Positions 38,881-51,192 of a DNA stretch of 64,000 bases are shown piece by piece; within the stretch, counting starts at the first letter, position 1, and each line of letters begins with the position of its first letter. Below the pieces are notes generated by a model, which saw only the letters and a program-made list of their open reading frames with translations, ran no database searches and was not told where the DNA came from. The stretch comes from Malacoraja senta. Lineage: Eukaryota. The stretch lies in the NCBI GenBank assembly GCA_038087875.1, contig CM075989.1:19470001-19534000 (forward strand), written 5' to 3'. A program made the translations under genes and the position numbers.

Positions 38881-39326
38881 AGTTTAGTTTAGAGATACAG
38901 CGTGAAAACAGGCCCTTCGGCCCACCGGGTCCGCGCCGACCAGCCATCACCGCACATTAATATTATCCTACAACCACTAGGGACAATTTTTACATTTACC
39001 AAGCCAATTAACCTACAAACCTGAAGAAGGGTTTCGGCCCGAAACATTGCCTATTCCCTTCGCTCCATTGATGCTGCTGCACCCTCTGAGTTTCTCCAGC
39101 ACTTTTGTCTACCTTCGATTTTCCAGCATCTGCAGTTCCTTCTTAAACAACCTACAAACCTGTACGTCTTTGGAGTGTTGGAGGAAACTGCAGATCTCGG
39201 AGAAAACCCACAGGGAGAACGTACAAACTCCGTACAGACAGCAACCCGTATTCAGGATGGAACCCGGGTCTCCGGCGCTGCATTCGCTGTAAGGCAACAA
39301 CTCTACCGCTGCGCCACCGTGACCAC
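38881..39326 (-). mobile_element. HE1-like SINE with a nested Penelope-like arm (39024-39148)
   Basis: 14-bp TSD aacctacaaacctg at 39010-39023 and 39149-39162. Confidence 0.88.
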
Positions 39327-41351
39327 CATGAAGTGTTTAAAATTCATGAAGTGTATAAAATTCATATAGAAGCAGATAAGATAGACAGTCAGAGCCTTTT
39401 TCCCAGTGGAAATGTTCTATAAGTGCATAGCAATAAGGTGAGAGGGGCAAGTGTATCTTACTCAGAGAGTGGTGGGGGCCTGGAACACACTGGCAGAGGT
39501 GATGGTGGAGGTAGATAAGATAGTGGTGTATAAGTAACATTTGGATGAACATAGGTGAGGATCGCTGATCAATGGGGACTCGGTGGGCTGAAGGGATTGC
39601 TTCCGCTCTGTATCTCTAAACTAAACTAGACTTTTGACCACACTTTCTTCACATAAAGAGATCACAATTTACTTAAACTCTTGAAGCACACGTAATTTTG
39701 AACTGGCTTTAAATCCTAGAGGTGTCCTGTAAGTCAATTAACCTGAAGAGGACATACGTGCCAGGGCATGGTTCATAATTGTGGGGAATCTCCACAGGTA
39801 CTTGGACCTTGAAAGGTCTCTCACAGTACCTGAAGAACAGGTGCTACAAACTCTAAATTGACCCTGTACGCCGAAGGGCCTGTTTCCACGCTGTATTTCT
39901 AAGTCTAAAGTGTAAAGTCTGAGGTGAATAGAATCATAGTGTCATGCAGTATGAACACAGGCCCTTCGGCCCAACACAACCATGTTGCCCAAGATGCCCC
40001 ATCTAAGCTAGTCTCATTTGCCCATGTTTGGTCCATATCTCCCCAAATCATTTCTATCCATGTACTTTAAGGGGTAATGCATATCCTTTGGCTACTAAGT
40101 ATCATTGATTGAGTTTGGAAATCTTTGCACAAAGCAGAAAAGTGTAAAGCTACGGCTTGCTTTTTTCATCACAATATTTACGGGCCTGGTCCAGTTAAAT
40201 GTCCCATCCATGGCAACACTCAAAATGGTGAAGACACACGCAAAAAGCTGGAGTAACTCGGCGGCTCAGGCTGCATCTCTGGAGAAAAGGAATGGGTGAC
40301 GCTTCGGGTCGAGACCCTTCCCCAGACTCCTCTCTCACTGCTCCCCCTCTGTGTTCTTCCTACTCAAAATGTTGAAGATGGTCGTTCACTGACAGTAATT
40401 CCAGGGAATGTCAATCAGCTTCAATGATTCGCTCGTGTTGATTGACAGATACAGTCTGGTAACAGACCCTTTAGCCCACTAAGTCCATGCCGCCCAAAGA
40501 TCACCCGTTCACACCAGTTCCCTGTTATCCCATTTTTGCATCCACTGTAAACCTAGATTATCTGCTCAACTGCTCGGAGTAGCACTGAATCATTTAACCA
40601 CACCTGATATTTACAAACCAACCTCTGTCATAGAGCTGTCCAGCATAGAAATGAGTGTGTAGGAAGGAAGTGTGTCTGAAGAAGGTTCTCGACCCGAAAT
40701 GTCACCTATTCCTTTTCTCCAGCGATGCTGTCTGACCCGCTGAGTTACTACAGCTTTTTGTGTCTCTCTTCAGCATGGAAGACAAGTCTTTTGGGTCAAC
40801 TTCTCCATGCCAACTTACTAAGCTAGTCCCACTTGCCTGTATTTGGACCACATCCTTCTGAACACCTCCTATCCATTTATCTGCCTGAGTGTCTTTTAAA
40901 AGTCGTAATTGTATTTGCTTCCGGTTTTTCTTTGAAGGAGATGGATTCATGGGAGGTGGTCTTGGAGAGGAGGTCTTGGAGGGGAGGATGCTCCTCAAAC
41001 TGCGGAGCATTCGGACAATACAGCTCACCCCCTCCATGACACACTGGTCAACCTGAGGAGTACCTTCAGCAACAGACTGGTTCCACCAAGATGCAGGGCA
41101 GAATGCCACAGGAGATCTGAATGACTCCTCCCCCTTCTGTCATGGGGTGGACTGAGACTGACTCCCATCCCCACCCCCCTCCCCAATCTTTGCACACCCC
41201 CCAAGCCTTTCCACTCGTCACTTTAATTTCATGTATTTTGTGTTTTTATGACATCCTGGGATAAATAAAGTTCTATCGTATCGTATTGTATCCTGTGTAA
41301 CAATGTTGAACTCTGCAGATTACACTTTCACTCACATTGCTCACCATATAA

Positions 41352-41486
41352 TGTTTTTAAGAAGGAACTGCTGATGCTGGATAATCCCAGGTACACAAAA
41401 ATGCTGGAGAAACTCAGCGGGTGCAGCAGGATCTATGGAGCGAAGGAAATAGGCAACGTTTCGGGCCGAAACCCTTCTTCAGACTT
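41352..41486 (-). mobile_element. Single-arm Penelope-like element, subfamily B, with intact hammerhead core
   Basis: TSD accatataa at 41343-41351 and 41487-41495; core CTGAAGAAGGGTTTCGGCCCGAAACGTT on the minus strand. Confidence 0.8.
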
Positions 41487-41807
41487 ACCATATAAGACTA
41501 ATCTGTTTCCAACCCAGATCAGTGGTGGAAAACAGAAAGCCCACCATGCACCAACTTGCTTCGTACAATAGAATATGTGCCAATGATATTCAGTTCCCAA
41601 AACTTCTCTTTAAAATTCGATAACTCTGGCATTCGTTACTTTACTTCCATGCTGCGATGACAATAACGTTTACAAAAATATAGCACGCAAGCCTTCTTTG
41701 GCATGATATGAAACTGAGGGGCATTGCTGTAAAATTACTTTCTGAACATAAGACTGGAGAGAAATATGAAACACAATGTGCGTAGGAGTTTAGTGTGACT
41801 GCGTTCA

Positions 41808-42322
41808 TAAATTCATAAGCTCATATGAGCTGAATTAGGCCAATCGGCCCATCGAGTCTACTCTGCCATTCAATCATAGCTGATCTACTTTCCCCTCTCA
41901 ACCCCATTCTCCTGCCTTCTCCCCATTGCTCATATCATAAGTTCATAAGATACAGGAGCAGATTGAGACCATTTGGCCCATCAAGTCTACTCCGCCATTC
42001 AATCACGGCTGACCTATCTTTCCCTCTCAATCCCATTCTCCTGCCTTCTCCCCATAATCCTCGACAACCGTGGTAATCACGAATTACCAACATCAGCATT
42101 ACCAACGCTTGTTCGTGTGGCCTCATTCTGACATTGGAGGAGGCCCAGGACAGAAAGCTTCCCTCTCCTCTGACTCTCAGTCTGAAGAAGGGTCTCGACC
42201 CGAAACATTGCCTATTCCTTTTCTCCAGAGATGCTGCCTGAGCCGCTGAATGACTCCAGCATTTTGTGTCTAACTTCGGTGTAAACCAGCATCTGCAGTT
42301 CCTTCCTACATATTTTGTCTGC
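41808..42322. mobile_element. CR1 tails (minus) followed by a Penelope-like fragment (plus)
   Basis: Two CR1 3' UTR copies; hammerhead motif near 42182. Confidence 0.75.
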
Positions 42323-42329
42323 CCCAGTG

Positions 42330-45300
42330 AATAATATTGGTAGTGCAGTCTTCCTTTAAGCTTTCTCAAGGACAAGATGACACTTTAAAATCTCTGCTAA
42401 ATGTTTCAAACAATGCTAAATATCTTCAATATTCTGTTTTCTGCACTGTTATAATTTTCAATAAACAATTGTATTCACAAGTATATTTCAACCACCATTG
42501 AATTTTTTTTTTAATTTTACTATTTCCCAAGAATTTTTACGAGATCTCACTTTTATTTTGCTCACGTTCTTCCAAAATTAACCATAAACGCAAATCCTAT
42601 AAAGAATTCTGTGTATATTGTATTCTTAATATTTTATTGTGTTGTTATAATGTATGTGTTTTATTCTTGCATATTGCATAACGTTTTTGTTTCAGACTGG
42701 GGAGGGCCTGTAATTCAGCACAGATTACATTTCTAACATTAAGCAATGATAGAGTTTTTAATCTCTCTGTGGTATTTGAGGGCGAGTTTAAATGTGGGTA
42801 AACAGAACATAAAATCTCAGTCAGAGGAAAGATAGAGAGAGAAATCTAGGCTAACCTGTGATGAAAAACACACACCCTGTGAGGCCTACAGATTATCAGT
42901 ATTGATTTCCTTCTTTGAGAACGTGGAAATGTTACCAGATGGGACATTTATCAATGAGTGTGCGGGTGCAAATTCAGTTTTAATGGCATGTTATTGTGCC
43001 ATAATAAGAGCTGGTGTTACGAAATGTACTTTTTTTTCCCCCTTTAAAATACAATCGCCTACCTTTTGAAATGGATTGACAAATCACAGACTTTAAAATG
43101 GAAGTGCCCTTTCTGTTCCCAATAGTTTTTTTTTTGTATGTTGTAAATTTAATATTGTCCACAGGCTTTGTCAATTCTTAAGCAAGTTTATCATATTTTG
43201 GAATATCCTTTTGGGCATTCATTTCCGAGGATGCATTCTAAAAAGAGAAAGGGATGTTTAAATAGATTTATGCTAAAAATTCTGCTCCATCAAATGATTT
43301 GATTCAAATTATTTTTTAAAATAAAATTGCTGGTGAATTTATTTATTTAACCAAATGTTATAGGGACGACAGTCATGCCTCAAGTGTGTCTGGTCTCATT
43401 TATATAAGGTTGCTTTAGCATTCTAGAGTGACAAAAGAAAAGCATATGTTCCCTTTTTTTCTTGTTTTGAAAATCTATTTCAATTCACCGATACGCTGAT
43501 TGTAAGTTTTGCTGAGGTAGCTTGTCCGAGAATGGACACACAAGAATCACAGAGTTCTCAAAACACTGGAGATCAAAAAATTAAACCATAATCAAAGCCG
43601 CATATTTGCTTGTGGGTGTGATCTGAAATTCTGCAGCAATCCTTCGATAACACAGATAATAAAGATAAAGAAATCGTGGCAAACAGCTCCAATTATTAAA
43701 CCCAGTTGCTGTAATCTTGAATGTTATTTCAAACTAGGATGGCAAAGTGAAGATTTATGATTGGCAAATGTAATTGGAGACTTTGGTCGATGTTAGTAGG
43801 ATTTTCTATTTCAGGCAACAAAAAGTCCTGAATTTATGTGTAAGCACTAATTATACGCAGTTTCAACATTTGAGAGAGAGGACCGTAGCAAATGTAGAAT
43901 AGTGCTAAAACATCATTAAAAAATCATAATAGTTAACAGGGTTTCAAGCCCTATCTTTTTATTTGGTGATATATTGGAGATTTATCAATAAGAATCAAAT
44001 TTAACCATAATTTTATTAGACTTAAAGGATCTTAGAAATCAATACTGAAATTGTGTTATGAGATATATCTGTAAGGCAGAAACGAAATAATAAAGCAAGG
44101 AGCTGTGCTGTACAAAATACTCTTACCAGACCGAGCGTTTTGTGCAATTATATATTTTTAAATAAATCATTGATTTGAAAGAAGAGTAAATGATGGCAGG
44201 CATCAGTTTAAAAATGATTTTTGATGGCTGTAGCAGTTTGTTTTAAAACACTGTTATTTTGCGTGGAGGGACTGCACTGGCTTTGCCTGGTTGTTCAACA
44301 TGGCTGCCTCCCAGACTTCACATAATGTCAGCAAAAGCTATTACAGAACCCTGTAATTTTTGTGGACATATTCCACCAAGCAATTTTATCTGGATCTATA
44401 ATGTTTGCGAAAATAAACGGTTCAGGTTGCATTGTGCAGAAGCAACGAGGCTACCTTTGAAGCCATCAGCACAAACGGACAACCCCCCCAATCTAGTCTA
44501 CAGGGAAGTTTCAACCTGTAATGATATGTCGGGCTGCAGAAGTGAAGGGGTTAATAAATAGAGAATGCAGTTGAAGTAATCAATACCCTCCTCTGCCACT
44601 ATCGATTGGAATCGCCTGCTTATTTTGCAGCTAAGATTCCCCCCCTTTCAAAAAACAAAGACACCCAAGAGGACTATCAAGTAAATAGGCATTTAAGATT
44701 TTTCTTTACTAAGAAAGTAGTTAATTATTATTAGTGCCTCAAAGTCTCAATTTAAACATGACAATCTACTGTCTGTGGTGTCTTTGAAACTATCATTTCT
44801 TCCTTAAAGATGTTAGTGTTGCAAGAAAGCCAGCTTTGCTATTCCCTTTTATGTTTGTGACTCTTGAGAATCTCCTGTCTTTACAAGAACTACCAAAGAA
44901 CTTCCATTACCATTAAACAGAAAGGCTAATTGAGTGGAGGTGGGGGTGTGGGAAGTGGGAGGGGGGGGGGGGGGGTGGTGGCGGCGACGCAATTGTGGCT
45001 CGAATTTGTGGAAGGGGGAAAATGATTTTGTTTTTTTTTGCATCCCCAGGAAATTGTTTCTTGGGCAGCAGTATAAAATGTCCATTGTTGTTTCCACAAG
45101 CGATCTTGGGCTGACGTCCGTCACCCTTCGCTGTTCCATGAGCTGTGAGATGTTCGAGATGGACTTTGATTTACTCCAGCCTAAATTAAAGGCATTTCAC
45201 AGCAGAGAAAGCATTTCTTCGTTTGCCGTGGATCTATGGTTCTGTCACAACCCGGGGAAAAATCAATGACAAATTCTAAACCAAGGGCAGCCTCTGGTCA

Positions 45301-45500
45301 ATATGGTCAACACAGAGCTAGAGCAGGAAGTGGCAGGGACAAAACTCACCATCTGCAATAGTCTGCTGTGCTAAAGGATGCAGCCTGCAGCTAATGGCAC
45401 CTCATAATTACACATGGAGAGGCAGAGCATGAGGGACATGCGACTCCGATGAGATGTGGTGCTATTTGTCGAAGCTGCTGCAAACTGCCGAACATATCCG
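42330..45500. promoter_or_regulatory. TE-free non-coding block, candidate enhancer/CNE
   Basis: About 3 kb without recognisable repeats in a window where they occur every few hundred bp. Confidence 0.4.
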
Positions 45501-48454
45501 TCACGTCTTGGGCCACAATACAAAAATTATCAACTTAAAAACACAACCCCCCCCCCCCCCCCTTCGATCACATTGTATAATTACAACCCCACTGGTTTTC
45601 CCGGTGGCAATCCCTTATGTATCCCGTGCGGGTCAAATGAGGCAGACACTGACGCAAACATTCAGAAGCTGGGAAGTCATCACTAACGTTGAGATTTAGA
45701 ATAGGATGTTTAGTTTATTGTCTTGTGTACCGAGGTACAGTGAAAAGCTTTTGTTTCCGTGTTATCCGGTCAAAAAAAAGATTGTACATCAATACAATCA
45801 AGACGTCCACAGAGCACTGACAAAGGATAAACGGAACAGTTAGTGCAGAGATATTACATTGACATGGTTGAGGTGGAAGCCATTTTATTCCTGTGTTGGT
45901 CATGTCACTTAATGCTACCCTTTAATATTTGCCACAATGTAATAACAATTGTCTCCTTTTGTACATTAAGATTGACTTTTTAAAATATGGATTCTTATTT
46001 TAAACATAAATTCTATTTTTAATTTGAAATACAATAAATATGAAACAAGTAATTGCCCTCGTATTGATCCTAATCATTTTAAATCAACTTCGGACTATTA
46101 GAGAAGGCTACACAGCGTAGAGAATGGGCACACATGCACATGCTTGTGTACAACGAGGTTAATTTTAAACCAAGTTGCTCCAATTAACGTCAACATAGTT
46201 CACCGTCATCCTCACATTGTTTCACGTATAGAATGCTTAAACAATCTCCTGTGGTGTGGCTCGAGTCAGAGGGTATACCGCTTTAAAAGGACAATGACGT
46301 TTTCTACTTCACTTAAAATGGGCCACTCTACCTTAGGTAGGGCCCTGCCCTCAGGTCATGGGGTTTAATTGCTATAACAAGGCATATCCCAAGGTCAAGT
46401 AAAGGGCCATCCTTTCCCTTCAGACGGTTTGTGGTTGTAAATCCTTGATTCGGCTCTACAGTTAAAACAATGAGAGCGGGCACTTCTTTTAGAAATAAAA
46501 CCTGCTTTATATTAAAGGCAAGAATTATACTTGTGCACCACTATTCATGACACCGGGGTATTCTGCTATGTGTGACAGCATGCCTGGTTCGCCGCTGCGG
46601 GAAGATAAGATTGTCCGATGAACTTTTGTAACTTTGTCTGAAACGTGGCGACTCTTTGTGTACTGTCTGGGTGAGGTCTGCTGTTTGGTTTTACCGGGTT
46701 GTACGCAAAAACAAAAAGAACTTCACTGTACCTAGGTACATGTCACAGTAAAGTATCTATAGAGAGAAGGAATAGGTGACGTTTTGGGTCGAGACCCTTC
46801 TTCAGACCCGAAACGTCACCCATTCTTTCTATCCAGAGATGCTGCCTCACCCGCTGAGTTACTCCAGCATTTTGTGTCTACCTTCGATTTTACCAGCATC
46901 TGCAGTTCTTTCTTTCACAGTAAAGTACAATAGAATTGAATATTCCGCCATGGTTTACCTTCAATAAAGTAAACTTGAAGGGAGTTCCCCCCGCCACGGG
47001 TACCATGTAATCCCGTGCTACCTGCTCCATGGTCAGATAGTCGGCGACTAAACCATCTCCCCCACCTGGTTTGCCAGGTGAGGAGGGGGCTGTGGACCTC
47101 CAGCTGGACCAAAAACAAGACCTGTCAAAGGGCGGATGAGCTCATAGTGAGCCAACAGCCATCCACACCAGTAGAAGTTGCGATCATTGTCGTACATAGC
47201 ATTGTAAGGCACTGTGCCCATTGATGTTTTCAACGATGGTGATGATGAGGCGCCTGGTAGACTCACTGTGGTGGATGTTAAACTGTGTTCATTTTGTGTT
47301 TTGTTATTTTATTCTATGTTATGACTGCAAGGTTTCGCAATTTCGTTCAGGCTGAAAAGTCTGAATGCAATAAAGGATACTTTGACTTTGATGATGATGA
47401 AGTATGGGCGCAGTGTGACGTTGGGAACATAGTCACCTAAACACCAAGTGCTGGAGTATCTCAGCAGGTCAGGTAGCATCCCGTCATGTCATGGATAGGT
47501 GACATTTTTTAGGTCGCGATCCTTCTTCAGACTGATTGTAGTCGGGGGGAGGGGGAGGGGAAGCTACAAGTTGTGTACAGCCCCCTCATCACCAACATAA
47601 CTAGCAGATCCGGTTTGGGTAAAATGTTGATACAACGGACTGCAGATGCTGGTTTACCAAGGAAAGACCCAAAGTGCTGGAGTAACTCAACGGGTCAAGC
47701 AGCATCCCTGGAGAACATGGATAGGTGACGTTTCGGGTCGAGACCCTTCTCCACACATCCATGCTCTCCAGGGTTGCTGCCTGACCCGCTGAGTTACTCC
47801 GGCACTCTATGTCTTTCCTGTTTTTTGGCAAAGGTTCTTGACAATCTCCTGAGGGAGCAGAAGCGGCCTTGGATTAATTTCTTCTCCACAACTTGTCACC
47901 TTCAACAATGCTGCAGTCTTTTCGGACTACGCCAGAGATTCAGATGCAAATCTCTTTAGCCAAATCACTGGCGTAAGACAAGAACCGGCAACATTCCAGC
48001 AATCGGCAAGGGTGGTGAGCCTCTGAGCCACGGCTGGCAGAAGTGCAAAGGTCACGGTAAGGCAGCAACTCTACTGCTGCACCACTGGGCTTGCACCTAA
48101 ATTTTTTTAAACTGTAAAAATAATGGTGTCAGGATAATAATTGCTCAGTGCTAACGAGATGAAGGAACTAGTTATCGACTTCGGGAAGCATGATGGGCAG
48201 TCACGTTGGCACAGTGATAGAGTTGCTGCCTTACAGTAAAATGCAGCACCAGAGACCCGTGTTCGATCCCGACTACGGGCGCTGTCTGTATGGAGTTTGT
48301 ACGTTCTCCCCGTGGGTTTTCTCCGAGAACTTTGGTTTCCTCCCACACTCCAAAGACGTACAGGTTTGTAGGTTAATTGGCTTGGTAAAAATGTAAAATT
48401 GTCCAAGTTGGCGATATGCAGAGTACTGCCCTGCCGACTACAAAATTCAGAAGG

Positions 48455-49207
48455 TTCAGAAGGATGGAGTACATGCCCCATTCAGCATCAATGGTGCCGA
48501 AGTGCAAATGGTTGAGAGTATCAAGTTCCTTGATGTTAATATTATCAATGATGGACCAACTACTTTGATGCAACAGCCAAGAACGCACAGCATGCCTCCA
48601 CTTCCTCAGGAGACTGAGGATATTTGGCGTGTTTCCAACGACTTTTACAAACTTCTAGAGATGCACCATAGAAAGCGTACTGTCTGGTTGCTTCACAGCT
48701 TGGTTTGGGAACAGATCAGCCCGAGACCCCAAGAAATTACAGACAGTTGTAAATGGAGGCCAGTCCACCACACAGTCCAGACTCCATATACACTTCACAC
48801 TGCTTCGGAAAAGCAGCCAACATCATCAAAGGATTGTCTCACCCCAATCATTCCTTCTGCTCCCTGTTCCTGCTCCCGTCTGGCAGAAGGGACAGAAGCT
48901 TGATAGTGCTCACCAGCAGCTTCTTCCCCTCTGTTATCAGGCTTCTGAACAGTCCTTCCAGAAGCTAGGGTACTGTCCTGTAGTGTACCTCTACTCTTGG
49001 ACATTGGACTTTGTCCATGGAACTGATGCGCTACAATGTTGAGAACTATATTCTGCACTCTGTATCTCCCCCTTTGCTCTATCTATTGCACTTGAGTTGA
49101 CTTTATTGTATTCATGTATAAAATTATCGAATCTGTTTGGATACCGTGCACAACAACGTTTTTCACTGTATCTCGTTATACGTGACACTAATAAACCTAA
49201 ACCTAAA
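48455..49207 (+). mobile_element. Rex1/Babar-like LINE 3' fragment
   Basis: VESIKFLDVNI..LHFLRRLRIFG..LLPSGRRDRSL..SFFPSVIRLLN; AATAAA + (AAACCT) tail. Confidence 0.8.
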
Positions 49208-49773
49208 TAGGTCTATGGCTTACCCTTTCCAATCTCATGGATTCTCATAACATGGCTATAACATGGTTAGACACCCCTGATTTGCAATTCTGCCCTCTTC
49301 AATATAGAGTCATTGAGTTACAGCATGTAGAGCAAGCTTTTCACTATATCCTTGTGCACATAGTGTCATAGAGTCATAGAAACAGGCTCTACAGCCCAAC
49401 TTGCCCACACCGGCCAACATGTCCCAGCTACACTAGTTCCCACCTGCCTGTGTTTGGCCCATATCCCTCCAAACCTGTCCTATCCATAAACCTGTATATC
49501 TGAAATTAAATTGATTCACCTTTGGCAACCAGGCTTTGAGCGATCATGGCCTTGTATTTTAGAATCCCTTTCCTGAACCTATCTGTCCTTTGTGCCTATT
49601 TCAACAGAGAGTCTCCTAAAAACCTACCTCATTGACTAAAACCTTACTCATCAACCCTGATGTTTTACATGGCCCAACATGCTTTTCATTAAACCTCCTG
49701 TGACATGCCAGCAGTGTAAAGGCTGCTATATAAAGTGATTGATTGATCAATCGATTGATTGATTGAATGAATT

Positions 49774-50073
49774 AAAGATACAGCATGGAAACAGGCCCTT
49801 CAGCCTACCAAGTCCATGCTGACCATCGATCACCTTAGTTCCATGTTATCCCACTTTCTCATCCACTCCCTACACACTTGGGGCAATTTACAGAGACCAA
49901 TTAACCTACAAACCTGCACGTCTTTGGGATGTGAGAAAAAACCAGAGCACCCGGAGGAAACCCACACGGTCACTGGGAGAATGTGCAAACTCCACACAGA
50001 CAGCACCCGAGGTCAGGATCGAACCGGGGTCTCTGGTGCTGTGAGGTAGCGTCTCTACAAGTTGCACCACTGT
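49774..50073 (-). mobile_element. HE1-like V-SINE
   Basis: Matches the other copies; (GATT)n tail variant. Confidence 0.82.
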
Positions 50074-50478
50074 GCACCCTAAATGAAAGTTGTTGGTGTG
50101 GATGCTCACTCCTGAATTGTACGAATGAAACTTCACATGATGCCTGGTTTCCCATTGCTTCAGACTGATTCATCTGAAGTATACGCGTCAACATAGACTT
50201 GGCTAAAAGAGCAGAGAAGTGTTTCAGACAAACATAGTAATTACTCATTCCGAGGATCCAACTACATCGTTTCAAGGCTAATGTTTTAAGTAACTTGAGA
50301 AGGCATGGAATGAAGATTCATCCTTCAAGCCCATTTGACCCATTCCCCACACAGTCGTTTAATAATATACACCTATCGTTTAGATTACATCATCCCTTCA
50401 GCCTTCCTCGGGGAATGTTTGATTGAAATACATCTTCATCCACAGAAGTTATTGCACAATCTTTGTATTACCCATTCG

Positions 50479-50740
50479 TGGGCGGCACGGTGGCGCAGCG
50501 GTAGAGTTGCTGCCTTACAGGGCCAGAGACCCGGGTTCGATCCTGACTACGGGTGCTGTCTGTACAGAGTTTGTATGTTCTCCCCGGATTTTCCCATGGA
50601 TCTCCAGTTTCCTCCCACACTCCAAAGACGTACAAGTTTGAAAGTTAATTGGCTTAGTACAATGTCCCTAGTGTGTAGGATAATGCTCCGGTGATCACTG
50701 TTCAACACGGACCTGTTTCCACCCTGTATCTCTAAACTAC
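50479..50740 (+). mobile_element. HE1-like V-SINE
   Basis: GGCGGCACGGTGGCGCAGCGGTAGAG head and GGTTCGATCC B box. Confidence 0.88.
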
Positions 50741-51059
50741 ACTGAACAAAACAAAACTTTCCTAGCATTAATCGGTTAGAAATAAAAGGTTTTGCAGCAT
50801 TTAATATCAACCTGATTGATTTCACCAAGTGTAACTGTGTGAAGTACCAAGACTGAGCTCACTCTGTGACTACACAGGTGGATAGAACCATCCTATTCCA
50901 TCTGCCTGGCATCTTATAGTTGTGGACTACTACAGTTTTGGCTCAGATGATTTTATCTATGTTCAGTTTTCTTCTCTACATCCTAAAGGGTCCTGCCTTG
51001 GAATGTTTAATTACATCCTGCAGCGTAGTAAGAAAGAAGGAATCCAGCGTAGTAAGAAA

Positions 51060-51192
51060 GAAGTTGGTGGTGAAGTGGATGAAGTCAGTCAGTTGTGTTT
51101 GGGTGCAGGAGGTGGCACCAAAGCAGTCATCGATGTAGCGGAGGTAGAGGTCGGGGATGGGGCCCTGGTACGTAGCGAACAAGGATTGTTCT
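51060..51192 (-). pseudogene. Penelope-like reverse transcriptase fragment
   Basis: PDLYLRYIDDCFGATSCTQTQLTDFIHFTTNF (YIDD); terminal repeats nearby at 51274-51460. Confidence 0.8.
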
